A DNA stretch of 61,722 nt, taken from positions 1 through 61,722 of the IMG/VR virus record IMGVR_UViG_3300017714_000006; one strand, 5' to 3'. The DNA is from a virus. Taxonomy: Duplodnaviria > Caudoviricetes. This document shows, in pieces, positions 48,280 through 58,988 of this stretch. The translations under genes and the position numbers were made by a program. The notes under the pieces were generated by a model. It saw only the letters and a list, made by a program, of their open reading frames with translations, searched no databases and was not told where the DNA came from. How positions within the stretch are numbered: position 1 is the stretch's first letter; every line of letters begins with the position of its first letter.

Positions 48280-48282
48280 AAA

Positions 48283-49185
48283 ATGTCATATACAATTAAT
48301 AAATTAGGCGCTTCGGATATAACAGTAGAATACGGTACCCTTAATACAGAAACCAGCCTACAACTTGTTGGTAAAGATTATTTTGGATACGGTGAAGCAA
48401 TTGCTCAAAACTTTGTTGATCTACTAGAAAATTTTGCAAGCGACAACACAAGTACCGGCCCATCAAATCCAATAGCAGGTCAGCTATGGTATCATAAAGA
48501 TGTAGATACACTTAAAGTTTATGATGGAGTTAAATGGAGCGGAACAACATTCAATCAAGAAACAATATTAGATAACGGATCAACAGAACATGATTGTTTT
48601 GTAGTTAAAGCAAACAGTGTGCCAGTTGCTATATTCTCAAGTGATGCTGAATTTATAATTCATTCATCAGAAACACAATACCATGGAGACATAGCAGGCG
48701 GACTAAACAAATTTCCAGATAATAAAATCCATAAAGGATTAACACTGGGTAAAGATATGAAAATGCACGGAACGGCAACTGAAGCAGAATACGCCGACCT
48801 TGCAGAACTTTACACAAGTGATGCAGAGTATGAAGCAGGCACCGTTGTTAAAATTGGCGGCGAAGCTGAAGTAACACAGACAACAATTGAGTATTGTCCA
48901 GAAGTATTTGGTGTAGTATCTACTAACCCAGCATACTTAATGAATAGTGCTGCAGAAGGACTAACAGTGCCAGTTGCACTAGAAGGAAGAGTTCCTTGTA
49001 AAGTTATGGGCGAAGTTCATAAAGGACAACGTCTTATTTCAAGTGATGAACCAGGTGTAGCTAGAGCAGTATCAGACTATGAAAAAGAAGTAGGCATGGA
49101 TTGGTTCCGTGTTGTTGGTCGTGCATTAGAAAATAAAGATACGCTAGGTATTGGATTAGTTGAAATTGTAGTTGGAGTAAAGTAA
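48283..49185 (+). CDS. Short tail fibre-like protein with C-terminal chaperone / autocleavage-like domain
   Basis: LVGKDYFGYGE..QNF..LLENFA, P..GQLWY, then YADLAELY...GTVV.IGG...GVVSTNPAYLMN...VALEGRVP. Confidence 0.7.
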   Translation: MSYTINKLGASDITVEYGTLNTETSLQLVGKDYFGYGEAIAQNFVDLLENFASDNTSTGPSNPIAGQLWYHKDVDTLKVYDGVKWSGTTFNQETILDNGSTEHDCFVVKANSVPVAIFSSDAEFIIHSSETQYHGDIAGGLNKFPDNKIHKGLTLGKDMKMHGTATEAEYADLAELYTSDAEYEAGTVVKIGGEAEVTQTTIEYCPEVFGVVSTNPAYLMNSAAEGLTVPVALEGRVPCKVMGEVHKGQRLISSDEPGVARAVSDYEKEVGMDWFRVVGRALENKDTLGIGLVEIVVGVK

Positions 49186-49186
49186 T

Positions 49187-50317
49187 ATGCCGACTATCCC
49201 TATCGAAACGGGTAATACGATTACTGCCGAACAGTTCAATGAACTTGTTACGCTATACAATGTATATTGGCATGATTCAGTTAATGGAGGATACTCGTTT
49301 GATGCAAATCATAATACCACAAATGATGATAGACGCAAAGGATGGGGACAAGCACCAGTAAATATTTCAAATAGTTTACAAGTCAACCAAGACGAACTTA
49401 TTACAGCAGAACATACTAACTATTTAATTTCACAAATAAACGCAGGCTTGTGGCATATGTCAGAGACTGTAAGTGATCTAGTCATACATAAAGCTCCATC
49501 AATGGCTATAGCGGCACAAGTATATAAAGACCTTGTAACTTTATACAATACTAAATTTAGTCCTAATCATCTAGTATGTGTTCCTACATCAAAAAGTATT
49601 ACAACAAATGTGCTTAGTGTTACTAATCCTAGTTCATCTACATGGACAGATGATTTATATTGCGAGAACGTATTTCAATTTGATAATTATAATGAAGCAA
49701 GACATTTCTTTAACAGTGGCGGAGAGCTACTAGTTGATATGTCAAGTTCAAGTGGCGGAACAAGTGATCCATCTCTAGTGTGGAGTTCATTCTTTGATGA
49801 TATGGGTATTATTCGAATAGGCGCCATATCAGCAACAAACGATGGAGATGGAGAAGGTGATGCTCCATTTAATAGTTTAGGTGGTAACACCAAAGGATTT
49901 TACAGTATAAACTTTACTTCTGGAAACTATGAACCAGTGTATGATGTAGCTGCTGATGACAGAACAACAAGTGGCGGCAGTCCTAACCCAGCTTTCTCTG
50001 ATTATAATCAGCGTAGGTTTAGAATATTACTAAAGGGCGAAGACTTATCACCAATCTTTAAAGTGCATTTAAAAATACAACTTATTGAAGACAGAGATGA
50101 TGATAGCACTCAAGCTCCAATTGATACTAACATTGTTGCAGAATTTGGATATGCACAACCATTAGATACACCAACTGCCCAAGAAGCAATTGACAATGAT
50201 AGTTTCTCTCCTAAAACAGGAATAAATTTTAAATTTGTGGAACGTGAAGTTCCTGGTATCGTAGCCACAGTCGGTTGGACTGCTACAGACACTGGACTAC
50301 CAGACGGCGACGGCTAA
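49187..50317 (+). CDS. Virion structural protein
   Basis: 376 aa in a late operon; GWGQ and ARHFFNSGG motifs. Confidence 0.55.
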   Translation: MPTIPIETGNTITAEQFNELVTLYNVYWHDSVNGGYSFDANHNTTNDDRRKGWGQAPVNISNSLQVNQDELITAEHTNYLISQINAGLWHMSETVSDLVIHKAPSMAIAAQVYKDLVTLYNTKFSPNHLVCVPTSKSITTNVLSVTNPSSSTWTDDLYCENVFQFDNYNEARHFFNSGGELLVDMSSSSGGTSDPSLVWSSFFDDMGIIRIGAISATNDGDGEGDAPFNSLGGNTKGFYSINFTSGNYEPVYDVAADDRTTSGGSPNPAFSDYNQRRFRILLKGEDLSPIFKVHLKIQLIEDRDDDSTQAPIDTNIVAEFGYAQPLDTPTAQEAIDNDSFSPKTGINFKFVEREVPGIVATVGWTATDTGLPDGDG

Positions 50318-50325
50318 AACAAGTA

Positions 50326-50363
50326 TATAAATACTTGACAAAAACCCCAATCTAAAGTATTAT
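50326..50363 (+). promoter_or_regulatory. Tandem late and sigma70 promoters
   Basis: TATAAATA (50326-50333), then TTGACA (50335-50340), 17-nt spacer, TATTAT (50358-50363). Confidence 0.75.
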
Positions 50364-50388
50364 AGTATATAAACTAGGAGAATTTTCT

Positions 50389-50739
50389 ATGGACGAACGT
50401 CTAGAGAAGGCGTTAGAGTTTAGCAATTACACTCTAACCCTTAATAATCAGAAGCAAAATATTAAAAATAGAGTAGCACAACTACAACTAGTGCATTACA
50501 ACGGAGGCGTATTTGTAGCAAATCAAGAAACTATTTCGTTTGTAAAAACAATGATTGATCTTGATAAAACTGTTGATGGTGTTATAATTGATTCAAAAGA
50601 TAATCCAATAAGAGTAAAAGACTACAAAGATCTACTTGAGAAACTTGTTGATGCATATGTTAGTGCCTCACAAGAATATGCAGTAGAATATGATAAGCTA
50701 CGAAAGTCTAGAAGCATTAAATCAATAATGGATTGGTAA
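50389..50739 (+). CDS. Hypothetical protein, first gene of the modification cluster
   Basis: 116 aa with AGGAG SD. Confidence 0.7.
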   Translation: MDERLEKALEFSNYTLTLNNQKQNIKNRVAQLQLVHYNGGVFVANQETISFVKTMIDLDKTVDGVIIDSKDNPIRVKDYKDLLEKLVDAYVSASQEYAVEYDKLRKSRSIKSIMDW

Positions 50740-51636
50740 ATGCCTGAACACAAAGACAAACAAGGTGTATGTTTCTTTGTCTACAACAATGAAGAATTAG
50801 ATTATGTAGACTTAGCCATGCTGGCAGCTAGATATGTTAAAGAGTATCTAAAACTTCCTGTATGTATAATTACAGATGAAGGCACACATGGTTGGCTTAA
50901 ACAATCACAATCACAAGAAGATATTGATAAGTTTGTTGACTATATAAAAATAACCACCGACGAACTTAAACCAAATATACGTAGACACTACGACAGTCCG
51001 TATACAGAATTTAAAGCACAATTTAGTAACAGTAACAAGCATAAGATATGGGAATACAGCCCATTTGAACAAACGTTATTACTAGACACAGATTACATTG
51101 TCAAAAATAGTTTCCTATTAAAGAGTTTTGAATATGATGGTGTAGCAATGTTTAATAATGCATTAAGTATTAGAAACGATAAACCTCATCAAAACGAAAT
51201 ACTGTTATACGATCAAGGAATTAAAATGTGGTGGAGCACCGTTGTGTATTTTGATCGCAGTGACTTCAGTAAAATGTTTTTTGACTTATGGGCTCATATA
51301 GCAGACAACTATCAGTTTTATCAATTCCTATATAACTTTCCGGGTAATTTATTTCGCACAGACTATTGTGTAAGCATAGCAGTGCATATTCTCAGTGGCA
51401 TGGAGCAATCAAATATTATACATAACTATGATGACGAACCTATGTATTTTGTTTCGCAACGAGATAATGTTATTGATGCAAACAATATACAAGACTGGAT
51501 ATGTTTAGGTAACAGTTCAACTGAAAGCTGGAAGGACATTCTTATAAAACACAGCAACTTAGATTTACATGTAATGAACAAACGTGCTTTGTTAAGAGTA
51601 AAACCAAAACTTGTGGAGCATTTTAATGCCAGATAA
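50740..51636 (+). CDS. GT-A fold glycosyltransferase-like protein
   Basis: LPVCIITD and SPFEQTLLLDTDY (DxD motif). Confidence 0.7.
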   Translation: MPEHKDKQGVCFFVYNNEELDYVDLAMLAARYVKEYLKLPVCIITDEGTHGWLKQSQSQEDIDKFVDYIKITTDELKPNIRRHYDSPYTEFKAQFSNSNKHKIWEYSPFEQTLLLDTDYIVKNSFLLKSFEYDGVAMFNNALSIRNDKPHQNEILLYDQGIKMWWSTVVYFDRSDFSKMFFDLWAHIADNYQFYQFLYNFPGNLFRTDYCVSIAVHILSGMEQSNIIHNYDDEPMYFVSQRDNVIDANNIQDWICLGNSSTESWKDILIKHSNLDLHVMNKRALLRVKPKLVEHFNAR

Positions 51637-52471
51637 TATTGCACAAAATGGTTATGTAATAATTGCAGTCAACCCAACTGAATATAGACAAGCACAATGT
51701 TGTGCTTTCTCAATCAAAAGTAAAATGCCTGATGCAAGTGTTACATTAGTAGTAGGCAAACAAAGTAAAGTTCAACAAAAGTTTCTTGAAGGGTTTGATG
51801 CAATTACTGAATTACCATTTACTGTTGCTACAAATTGTAGACAGAATGACTGGCAGTTGTATTGGGCAAGCCCATATGAGAACACAATTGCTATAGATTG
51901 TAGCACATTGGTTAAAACTGATCTAACTAGTGCATGGGATTATTTAATTGATCATTGCAGTATTGCATTTCCTAATTCAATTACTAACATGCGTAAAGAT
52001 CAAATATATCCATTATATAAAAAACATTTAGAAAAAGATTATAACTTAGATGTAATTTACAGCGGTATATTCTTTTTTAAGAAAGATGAAATTGCTCTTA
52101 GACATTTCAAAATGGCAGATATTTATTTTCAATATTGGACTGATGTATGTAGCAAATATTTAAAACCAGAACACATACCAGATTTCTTTGACGCAGACAT
52201 AATGCACACACTAGTAGCTGATCATACTAATGGAGATGTAGTAACTATACCTAAGATATTAAGTTACATTGATATGAGAAACAGTGCAGGCAACACACTA
52301 AACAAAGTTAATAAGTGGACTGATAAACTTACTGTATGGCCAAGTAATGCAGGAAAGATAAAAATACAAAACTATGCAATCAATGATGTTCTATACTATC
52401 ATGAAGAAGAGTTTTTAACACAAGAAATATTCAATGAGCAACAGCATCACTACAACAACATCACAAAGTAA
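51626..52471 (+). CDS. GT-A fold paralogue with degenerate DxD
   Basis: Start moved to ATG 51626 (GGAG SD). SPYENTIAIDCST, YSGIFFFKK, LYYH. Confidence 0.65.
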   Translation: MPDNIAQNGYVIIAVNPTEYRQAQCCAFSIKSKMPDASVTLVVGKQSKVQQKFLEGFDAITELPFTVATNCRQNDWQLYWASPYENTIAIDCSTLVKTDLTSAWDYLIDHCSIAFPNSITNMRKDQIYPLYKKHLEKDYNLDVIYSGIFFFKKDEIALRHFKMADIYFQYWTDVCSKYLKPEHIPDFFDADIMHTLVADHTNGDVVTIPKILSYIDMRNSAGNTLNKVNKWTDKLTVWPSNAGKIKIQNYAINDVLYYHEEEFLTQEIFNEQQHHYNNITK

Positions 52472-53414
52472 TCAACAATGGAACATAAGATTTAACCCGG
52501 AGTCTGGCCGTATACTTGGGATTAGTCCACAACCATTTAAGCAAGTAAACGATAACGAACAGGTAGTATCTGTAACAAACAATGTATGCAGAGAGTTAGT
52601 ATCTGGAGAAAAGAATATGAGAAAGTATTCTATGCATTGGGATTCAATTGATAACCAATGGGATATTGATGTTAAAAGTGATACACTTGTATTAGAAATA
52701 AAAGGTAACAAACTAAATCAGTTTACTCAAGGCACACATCCTGAAAAGAATGATGTGTTTGTTCAAGTTATACGTAACGAAAATATTTTGAGAATTAAAA
52801 TTAACTTGTTGACTATTAGACGTTCTCTTAATCTTGGACAGATTAATAATATTAAAAATGAAAACCCTGACATATTAGATTTATATGTATGCAGAAAAAA
52901 CAATCCAGATTATTTAATTGGAGTAATACCAGTTGATGCAATTGAATTATTTAACAAGTATGTAATCTATATTGATGTTCCAAAAAATATTATTGAACAT
53001 ATTAATTCATGGGACGATATAAGTATTTTTACAAAACCTGTTTTTAAAACTTATGGTATAGAATTTACTGACATGTCAGCAGATAGTATACAAGATCATA
53101 ATAAGAAGCACCAAGTATCAAACTCGTCACTGGATGCTCATATAAATATGTATAAATTAAATGATAATTTAATTATTGATAGTAAGCTAGATAAAGATAT
53201 GATGCATTATTTTAATAATAAAAGATATATGCAATTCCATGTTTCTGATAGTCACATTGATAATTATGTAACCACGCTAAACGTAAGTGTAGCTAAGTTA
53301 CTTTATTATAATAAAGTTAAATTAGACTTACCTGCTAACTGGCCTGCAAACCCATTAATTGCTTTTGCAGAAACTCGACTTGCAGTAAATTATATTACGG
53401 AGAAAGAACAATGA
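52434..53414 (+). CDS. Hypothetical protein
   Basis: 326-aa ORF overlapping both neighbours. Confidence 0.65.
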   Translation: MSNSITTTTSQSNQQWNIRFNPESGRILGISPQPFKQVNDNEQVVSVTNNVCRELVSGEKNMRKYSMHWDSIDNQWDIDVKSDTLVLEIKGNKLNQFTQGTHPEKNDVFVQVIRNENILRIKINLLTIRRSLNLGQINNIKNENPDILDLYVCRKNNPDYLIGVIPVDAIELFNKYVIYIDVPKNIIEHINSWDDISIFTKPVFKTYGIEFTDMSADSIQDHNKKHQVSNSSLDAHINMYKLNDNLIIDSKLDKDMMHYFNNKRYMQFHVSDSHIDNYVTTLNVSVAKLLYYNKVKLDLPANWPANPLIAFAETRLAVNYITEKEQ

Positions 53415-54397
53415 GTAAAATGCAAAGCATTAACGAATTTGATATTGTATATATCAGCTATGATGAACCTAATGCTGATGAGAACTACGCAGACTTATTA
53501 GATAAATGTCCATGGGCTAAACGTAGTCATGGAGTAGAAGGAAGTGATGCAGCACACAAGGCCGCAGCCAACATGGCAGAGACTGATAGGTTTATTACTA
53601 TTGATGCAGACAATATTGTAGATCCAGCTTTCTTCAGCGTGGAAGTAGACATGGATAAAATTACTAATGTTGATGTTATTAGTTGGGCTGGCAAGAACAT
53701 TACTAATGGACTTGTATACGGCAATGGTGGCATCAAGTGTTGGCCGAAAGATGTTGTTATGAATATGCGAACACATGAAAATGCAGATCCTAATAACAAA
53801 GCTGCACAAGTAGACTTTTGTTGGAACATTAACTATGTGCAAATGAATAATATCTATTGCACAGTAATGAATAACGGTAGTCCACTACAAGCCTGGCGTG
53901 CAGGTTTCCGTGAAGGAGATAAGATGGGATTAGTAGACGGTGACGTAATAGATCCAGCTGACATGAAAAAGACAGTGCATGATAAAAACTACAAACGTTT
54001 ATTAACATGGATGAGTGTTGGCGATGATAGTGAGAATGGCATATGGGCAGTGTATGGCGCACGTCTAGGATGTCATATGACAAACATTACTAGAACAGAT
54101 TGGGATTGGAAAAACGTTAGAGACTTTAAATGGTTAACTAATTATTTTAATGAAAACGTATTACCAAAGTTTCAAAACAGTCCAGATCAATTATGCAAAC
54201 GCACAGGCACACAATGGAATTACAAAGCAGTAGAAGATGAAAGCATTAGACTTGGTATTGATTTACGTAAGAGATTAGATTTAGAAATTGCTGACTTAGG
54301 CAAAGAAGGCTCTCGATTCTTTAAAGAAGTATACATCAACCCAAGTCGTATGGGTGCTCAAATTAGAGAAGACCAGGTTGAAGATACATTAGAATAA
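53411..54397 (+). CDS. Glycosyltransferase-like protein (DxD)
   Basis: ISYDEPNA, FITIDADN, YGNGGIKCWP, QAWRAGFREG. Confidence 0.6.
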   Translation: MSKMQSINEFDIVYISYDEPNADENYADLLDKCPWAKRSHGVEGSDAAHKAAANMAETDRFITIDADNIVDPAFFSVEVDMDKITNVDVISWAGKNITNGLVYGNGGIKCWPKDVVMNMRTHENADPNNKAAQVDFCWNINYVQMNNIYCTVMNNGSPLQAWRAGFREGDKMGLVDGDVIDPADMKKTVHDKNYKRLLTWMSVGDDSENGIWAVYGARLGCHMTNITRTDWDWKNVRDFKWLTNYFNENVLPKFQNSPDQLCKRTGTQWNYKAVEDESIRLGIDLRKRLDLEIADLGKEGSRFFKEVYINPSRMGAQIREDQVEDTLE

Positions 54398-54398
54398 A

Positions 54399-54713
54399 AT
54401 GAATATAGGTGTTGATATAGTTTCAGTTAATAGGATTAAAAAAATCTATAACAAGTATGGAACACGATTCACTGATCAATTTTTAACAGATGTAGAAAAA
54501 CAAAAAGAACTTACTCCAGAATATATATCAAAGTGTTGGGCAGTAAAGGAAGCATCAATTAAAGCAAGCGGCATAACAGATGCTAAACAATTCTCATATG
54601 GCAAGAACGGTAAGCAACCTATTGTAGTTACTAAAGTAAAAGGCAATTGGAATCTAAGTGTATCAGATGAAAAAGATTATGCAGTAGCAATGGTAATAAA
54701 ATCAGATGAGTAA
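54399..54713 (+). CDS. acpS: Holo-ACP synthase (4'-phosphopantetheinyl transferase)
   Basis: IGVDIV, FLT..E, WAVKEASIKA, GKQP, LSVSDEKDYAVAMV. Confidence 0.9.
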   Translation: MNIGVDIVSVNRIKKIYNKYGTRFTDQFLTDVEKQKELTPEYISKCWAVKEASIKASGITDAKQFSYGKNGKQPIVVTKVKGNWNLSVSDEKDYAVAMVIKSDE

Positions 54714-56280
54714 ACTAACCAAAGACTTTGATTGGGAAATTAATTCTCGAACAAAGGGATTTGATCCTGTTGGCAGAAACCAACAACACATGAAGGACAT
54801 GCTAAACAGTACCGGTCCTGGATTCTGCTTGGCTAAATGGACACAAGTTACTATGCACTTAGGAAATGGCACAACACATAGTTGTCACCATCCATCACCA
54901 CACAAGATACCATTGGATGAAATAAAGAACAATCCTGGTGCGTTACACAATACCAATTATAAAAAACAACAACGCAAAGCAATGCTTAACGGCAAACGTC
55001 CTAAAGAGTGTGATTTCTGTTGGCGAGTGGAAGACAACGGAGAGACAAGCGATCGTGTTTATAAAAGTTTAGATCAATTTAGTTTTAAGCATCATGATAA
55101 GATTGCAGAACTAGTGGGCGACGAAGATATATTTCCAACATATGTTGAAGTGAGCTTTGGCAATACATGTAATTTTAAATGTGCTTACTGTGGTCCTGCA
55201 TATAGTAGTCAGTGGCAACAAGAAAATAAAAACGGCGGTGCATATCAATTAACTGATATGACGTTTAATAATATAAGAAAAGATGAAACACACATACCGC
55301 AACGTGAACACAATCCATACATTGAAGCATTTTGGGAATGGTTTCCAGAAGCATACAAACACATGCATACATTTCGTATTACAGGCGGCGAGCCTTTATT
55401 AATTAAAGATACAATGAAAGTTATTGACTTTTTATTAGAGAACCCAAATCCAAATTTAAACTTTGCTATAAACAGTAATGGGTGTCCACCTGGCAAGTTA
55501 TGGAATGAGTTTACCGATAAGGTGAGACAATTAGAAGAAAGAAAGTGTGTTAAAGATTTTGTATTGTTTACTAGTGCTGAAGCAGGTGGAGATAGAAATG
55601 ATTATATTCGACATGGTATGGACTATGAACTATGGAAAAAGAATATAGAATACTTTTTAGAAAATACATTATACGCAGGTGTTACTTGTATGAGTGCGTT
55701 TAACTTACTAAGTCTTAGTTCTTTTAAAGAGTTGTTACAATGGATATTAAAACTTAAACAAAATTATAATTGGGCAGGATGGGACCATTGGTTACACAGC
55801 AAAGGGCTTCAACGACCTTTACTTAACAACAATGCTGTTAGAGAGGATGGTAGACCTATAAAGCCAGCTCGTGTGCTAATAGATATTCCTTATCTAAGGC
55901 ATCCTTCTTTCTTAGATGCAAACATTGCCTCAATTCCACTAATTCAAGATCATTTATTACCTGCAATTGACTTTATGTATGATAACTTATCGCATGCTGA
56001 TTGGGGTGGCAACATAGCATTTGATGATTGGGAAGCAAACAAATTACGTAGAACTGTAGTTGGTATTATTGATAAAGCACAAGAACATATAGCAGAACAG
56101 ATAACAACCAATCCAGTTACAAGACAAAACAGAAGTAGGTTTTATGATTTTATAAATCAATATGACAGTCGTAGAGATACTAATTTCTTAGATACATTTC
56201 CAGAGTATGCAGACTTCTTAGAGCTATGCAAACAAGAACATGATATACTGCACGAATTGAAAGCACAGGGCAAAGCATGA
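54706..56280 (+). CDS. Radical SAM enzyme with N-terminal Cys-rich (twitch/SPASM-like) domain
   Basis: CNFKCAYC and ITGGEP; N-terminal CLAKW...SCHH...CDFCW. Confidence 0.9.
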   Translation: MSKLTKDFDWEINSRTKGFDPVGRNQQHMKDMLNSTGPGFCLAKWTQVTMHLGNGTTHSCHHPSPHKIPLDEIKNNPGALHNTNYKKQQRKAMLNGKRPKECDFCWRVEDNGETSDRVYKSLDQFSFKHHDKIAELVGDEDIFPTYVEVSFGNTCNFKCAYCGPAYSSQWQQENKNGGAYQLTDMTFNNIRKDETHIPQREHNPYIEAFWEWFPEAYKHMHTFRITGGEPLLIKDTMKVIDFLLENPNPNLNFAINSNGCPPGKLWNEFTDKVRQLEERKCVKDFVLFTSAEAGGDRNDYIRHGMDYELWKKNIEYFLENTLYAGVTCMSAFNLLSLSSFKELLQWILKLKQNYNWAGWDHWLHSKGLQRPLLNNNAVREDGRPIKPARVLIDIPYLRHPSFLDANIASIPLIQDHLLPAIDFMYDNLSHADWGGNIAFDDWEANKLRRTVVGIIDKAQEHIAEQITTNPVTRQNRSRFYDFINQYDSRRDTNFLDTFPEYADFLELCKQEHDILHELKAQGKA

Positions 56281-56957
56281 AACATCCTTCTATAAAAACA
56301 ATACACTCTAAAGTAGGTTTATTAAATATATTATTCACACCAGGAGCAAGTGGAACTTTCTTAGCCAGCATGTTAGCCCAAGCAATAAGAGATCCTTGGT
56401 GGGAAGATTATAAGCCTTCAACTGATAATGAATTGTTTAGAGTGACAAATGAATTTCTTAATCCATTTAATCATATTGCAATGACATGGCATCCAATTAA
56501 TATTCCTGAAACACATGAAGTGTTAAGTCTAAAAGATATTAATTGGATTAACTTAACTATTACTCCTGAAGAAGCTAAGTTTACAAAAGTATTATGGGCA
56601 ATAAAAAGACAAGACTTTACAGGTGTTACAAAAGAAGATATACTGCATAGACTATCAAGTGACACTGATGAAGAATACAAAGGCATGCATGCTAGACAAA
56701 AGCGTATAGCATCACAACTGTCAGTTAATAATAATGTGTTAGATGTAAAGTTTAGTGATGTGTTTGCTGATGGTAACACAGATGTAATACTATCCATATT
56801 GAACACAGTATACAAAGGACACTATGTTGCAAACGGTATAGTAGACAATATAGCAAAACAATGTGTTGCCAAATACAAAGTAGATGTTAAGCTACATGAT
56901 GATTTACTTGTGCCGGACGGTGACGGACTTATTGATTATATACTAGCTCAAGTATAA
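56277..56957 (+). CDS. Hypothetical protein, possibly sulfotransferase / P-loop-like
   Basis: LFTPGASGTFLASML resembles a 5'-phosphosulfate-binding loop; VKFSDVF. Confidence 0.4.
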   Translation: MKHPSIKTIHSKVGLLNILFTPGASGTFLASMLAQAIRDPWWEDYKPSTDNELFRVTNEFLNPFNHIAMTWHPINIPETHEVLSLKDINWINLTITPEEAKFTKVLWAIKRQDFTGVTKEDILHRLSSDTDEEYKGMHARQKRIASQLSVNNNVLDVKFSDVFADGNTDVILSILNTVYKGHYVANGIVDNIAKQCVAKYKVDVKLHDDLLVPDGDGLIDYILAQV

Positions 56958-57947
56958 ATCAAAGAACCCATTCTTTCTTAGTTCTAAATTTATAAAATGA
57001 TCTCCATACGTGTATGGAGTTCTATCAACACCTGAACTACTAAGGTTAGGCAAACTTGAATCTAATAGATCTTTATATAATTTAAAACCCATGTCATTGT
57101 TATGATACATATATGTAAACTCTGTATCTGGCATAGTATTTGCTATACTATTAATTGATTGTAGCTCTTCTGGTATATCTTTACAAAATACCAGGTTACG
57201 CAATGCTACTTCAAATGGAACTGTAAAGAAATTAGACATTTTATACTTTCCACCTACTGGTGCGTAATACCCATTGGTTAATACAACATTAGGATCGCAT
57301 GTTGTAGTGCCGCTTGTTATTAATACTCTAGTAGCATTTAAATAGTAAGCAAGCATACAACTACTGTGTCCATTCTTGCAATCAGCAATAACAGTATACT
57401 CTGTGTTTGGAATTAACTTCTTGATATAGTCAGCTATCTTTTCTGGACTGTTAAGTTCATCATTGATACCATCATACAAACAACTATCATACAATACTGG
57501 ATTGCGATAACTTCTTTTAACATCATCTACTATGCTTATAACATTATAGTCGGTGTAATGATCTAACATCCAACTGCCTTGATGTTCAACTGAATTTCTA
57601 GCAAGTTGTAGTAACCAACTGCCGCCACTTACTGTTACTATAGTTTTATCTTTGCCTCTATCAACATATGATACTGCATCATTATGATCTTGTATTGAAT
57701 TATAATGATTATTTTCATACATTAATGTATCTATGTTTTTTAAATTATCAAAATTATCTACAGCATATTGTCTCTGTTCAGCGGTAACTTGATCAGAATT
57801 ATTATTCAAGTGCTTTATCCAAAATTGATTCATTGCACTATAAAAGTTTATACTTTGATTTGAATCCTCAAAGTCCCAATCATTGTCAGCTATGTATTGT
57901 ATAATAGGGCACTGCCATTTTCTTCTGCCCGAATAATAAAATTTCAT
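56943..57947 (-). CDS. Hypothetical protein, possible alpha/beta-hydrolase fold
   Basis: IVTVSG, YNVISIVD, VIADCKNGHSS at an elbow-like position, and a C-terminal GDH. Confidence 0.4.
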   Translation of the reverse strand: MKFYYSGRRKWQCPIIQYIADNDWDFEDSNQSINFYSAMNQFWIKHLNNNSDQVTAEQRQYAVDNFDNLKNIDTLMYENNHYNSIQDHNDAVSYVDRGKDKTIVTVSGGSWLLQLARNSVEHQGSWMLDHYTDYNVISIVDDVKRSYRNPVLYDSCLYDGINDELNSPEKIADYIKKLIPNTEYTVIADCKNGHSSCMLAYYLNATRVLITSGTTTCDPNVVLTNGYYAPVGGKYKMSNFFTVPFEVALRNLVFCKDIPEELQSINSIANTMPDTEFTYMYHNNDMGFKLYKDLLDSSLPNLSSSGVDRTPYTYGDHFINLELRKNGFFDLYLS

Positions 57948-58988
57948 TTATATTCCACCACTCCACCCTGGAAAGATATTAGCATCATATTCTTTTTCAA
58001 GTTCCTCATTGGTTAGTTTTTCTAACTGTGGTATAACACCATCTGGCCAATACTCCGCTCTTACTGGAAATGGTGCTATTGGAACCAGTGGTGCTTTTGG
58101 TGGATGTGTTTGCAATGGATAAGTGTATACGTTTGGTGTATACCTTGCTATATATGGAAACATACTCTTAGGTATGTTCATCTTAGATGAAATTCCAGCA
58201 ATCATTTCATGTGTGTCTATTTGAGGATAGCCACGATAAATTTTATGCATTGAATGATTACTGCTATGCTTACTAGGTATATGTTCTAGTGCATCGTATA
58301 CCCATACGTCTAATGCATTGCCAACTCCCATTACCCATAAGTCTTGACCGTTAGGAAACATCATTGTTCCGTTGTATCTTCTAATAATTTCTATAGGCTG
58401 ATATAATATTAAATTTTTATCAGCAGTGCAAAACGTTTGACGCTTGTTTACTGGATTATCCATTAAACTGTGAACCATTGTTTCAAATGCATGCATTGGC
58501 CATACCAGAACATCATAACGTTGCATAACAACTAAGTCATAGGTTATATCTGCTTCAGCTTCATATTTTTGCTTTAGCATAATAACTTCGGTCCACCCTG
58601 CTAATACCTTAGACTGTAGTATAGATTTTTTAATATCTCTGAGTTCATTTTCATATTCAGTTGTATATAATTTAAATTTTTTTGGTTTGTAATGTTCAAG
58701 TATTTGTTTTGTTTGATACTTAACTGCATCTTCTGGTAGATGTTGTTGATCTTTAGCATACTCATAATCAAATTTTTCTTTGTTATACTTGTGTCTTGTA
58801 TATGTAGTTTCATATTCTTTTAAACTACAAAAGAAATCTACATTTATACCATCCATTTTGTAAAATTGTTTTATAGATTCTATACATGCATCACCTGTTC
58901 GATATTGCCCATACATGCACACAGCTACGTTTTTAATTTTTATTCTACTATCTTGAAGCTGTTCGTCTCTCCATTTTTTATTCGGCAT
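57948..58988 (-). CDS. Glycosyltransferase-like hypothetical protein
   Basis: Start moved to ATG 58988 (GGAGG SD). VAVCMYGQYRT...YDLVVMQRYD...DLWVMG. Confidence 0.5.
   Translation of the reverse strand: MPNKKWRDEQLQDSRIKIKNVAVCMYGQYRTGDACIESIKQFYKMDGINVDFFCSLKEYETTYTRHKYNKEKFDYEYAKDQQHLPEDAVKYQTKQILEHYKPKKFKLYTTEYENELRDIKKSILQSKVLAGWTEVIMLKQKYEAEADITYDLVVMQRYDVLVWPMHAFETMVHSLMDNPVNKRQTFCTADKNLILYQPIEIIRRYNGTMMFPNGQDLWVMGVGNALDVWVYDALEHIPSKHSSNHSMHKIYRGYPQIDTHEMIAGISSKMNIPKSMFPYIARYTPNVYTYPLQTHPPKAPLVPIAPFPVRAEYWPDGVIPQLEKLTNEELEKEYDANIFPGWSGGI

Noticed and set aside
28011-56815. Short minus-strand ORFs inside the baseplate and modification genes
   Set aside because: They are antisense to long genes with strong motifs and have no independent support.
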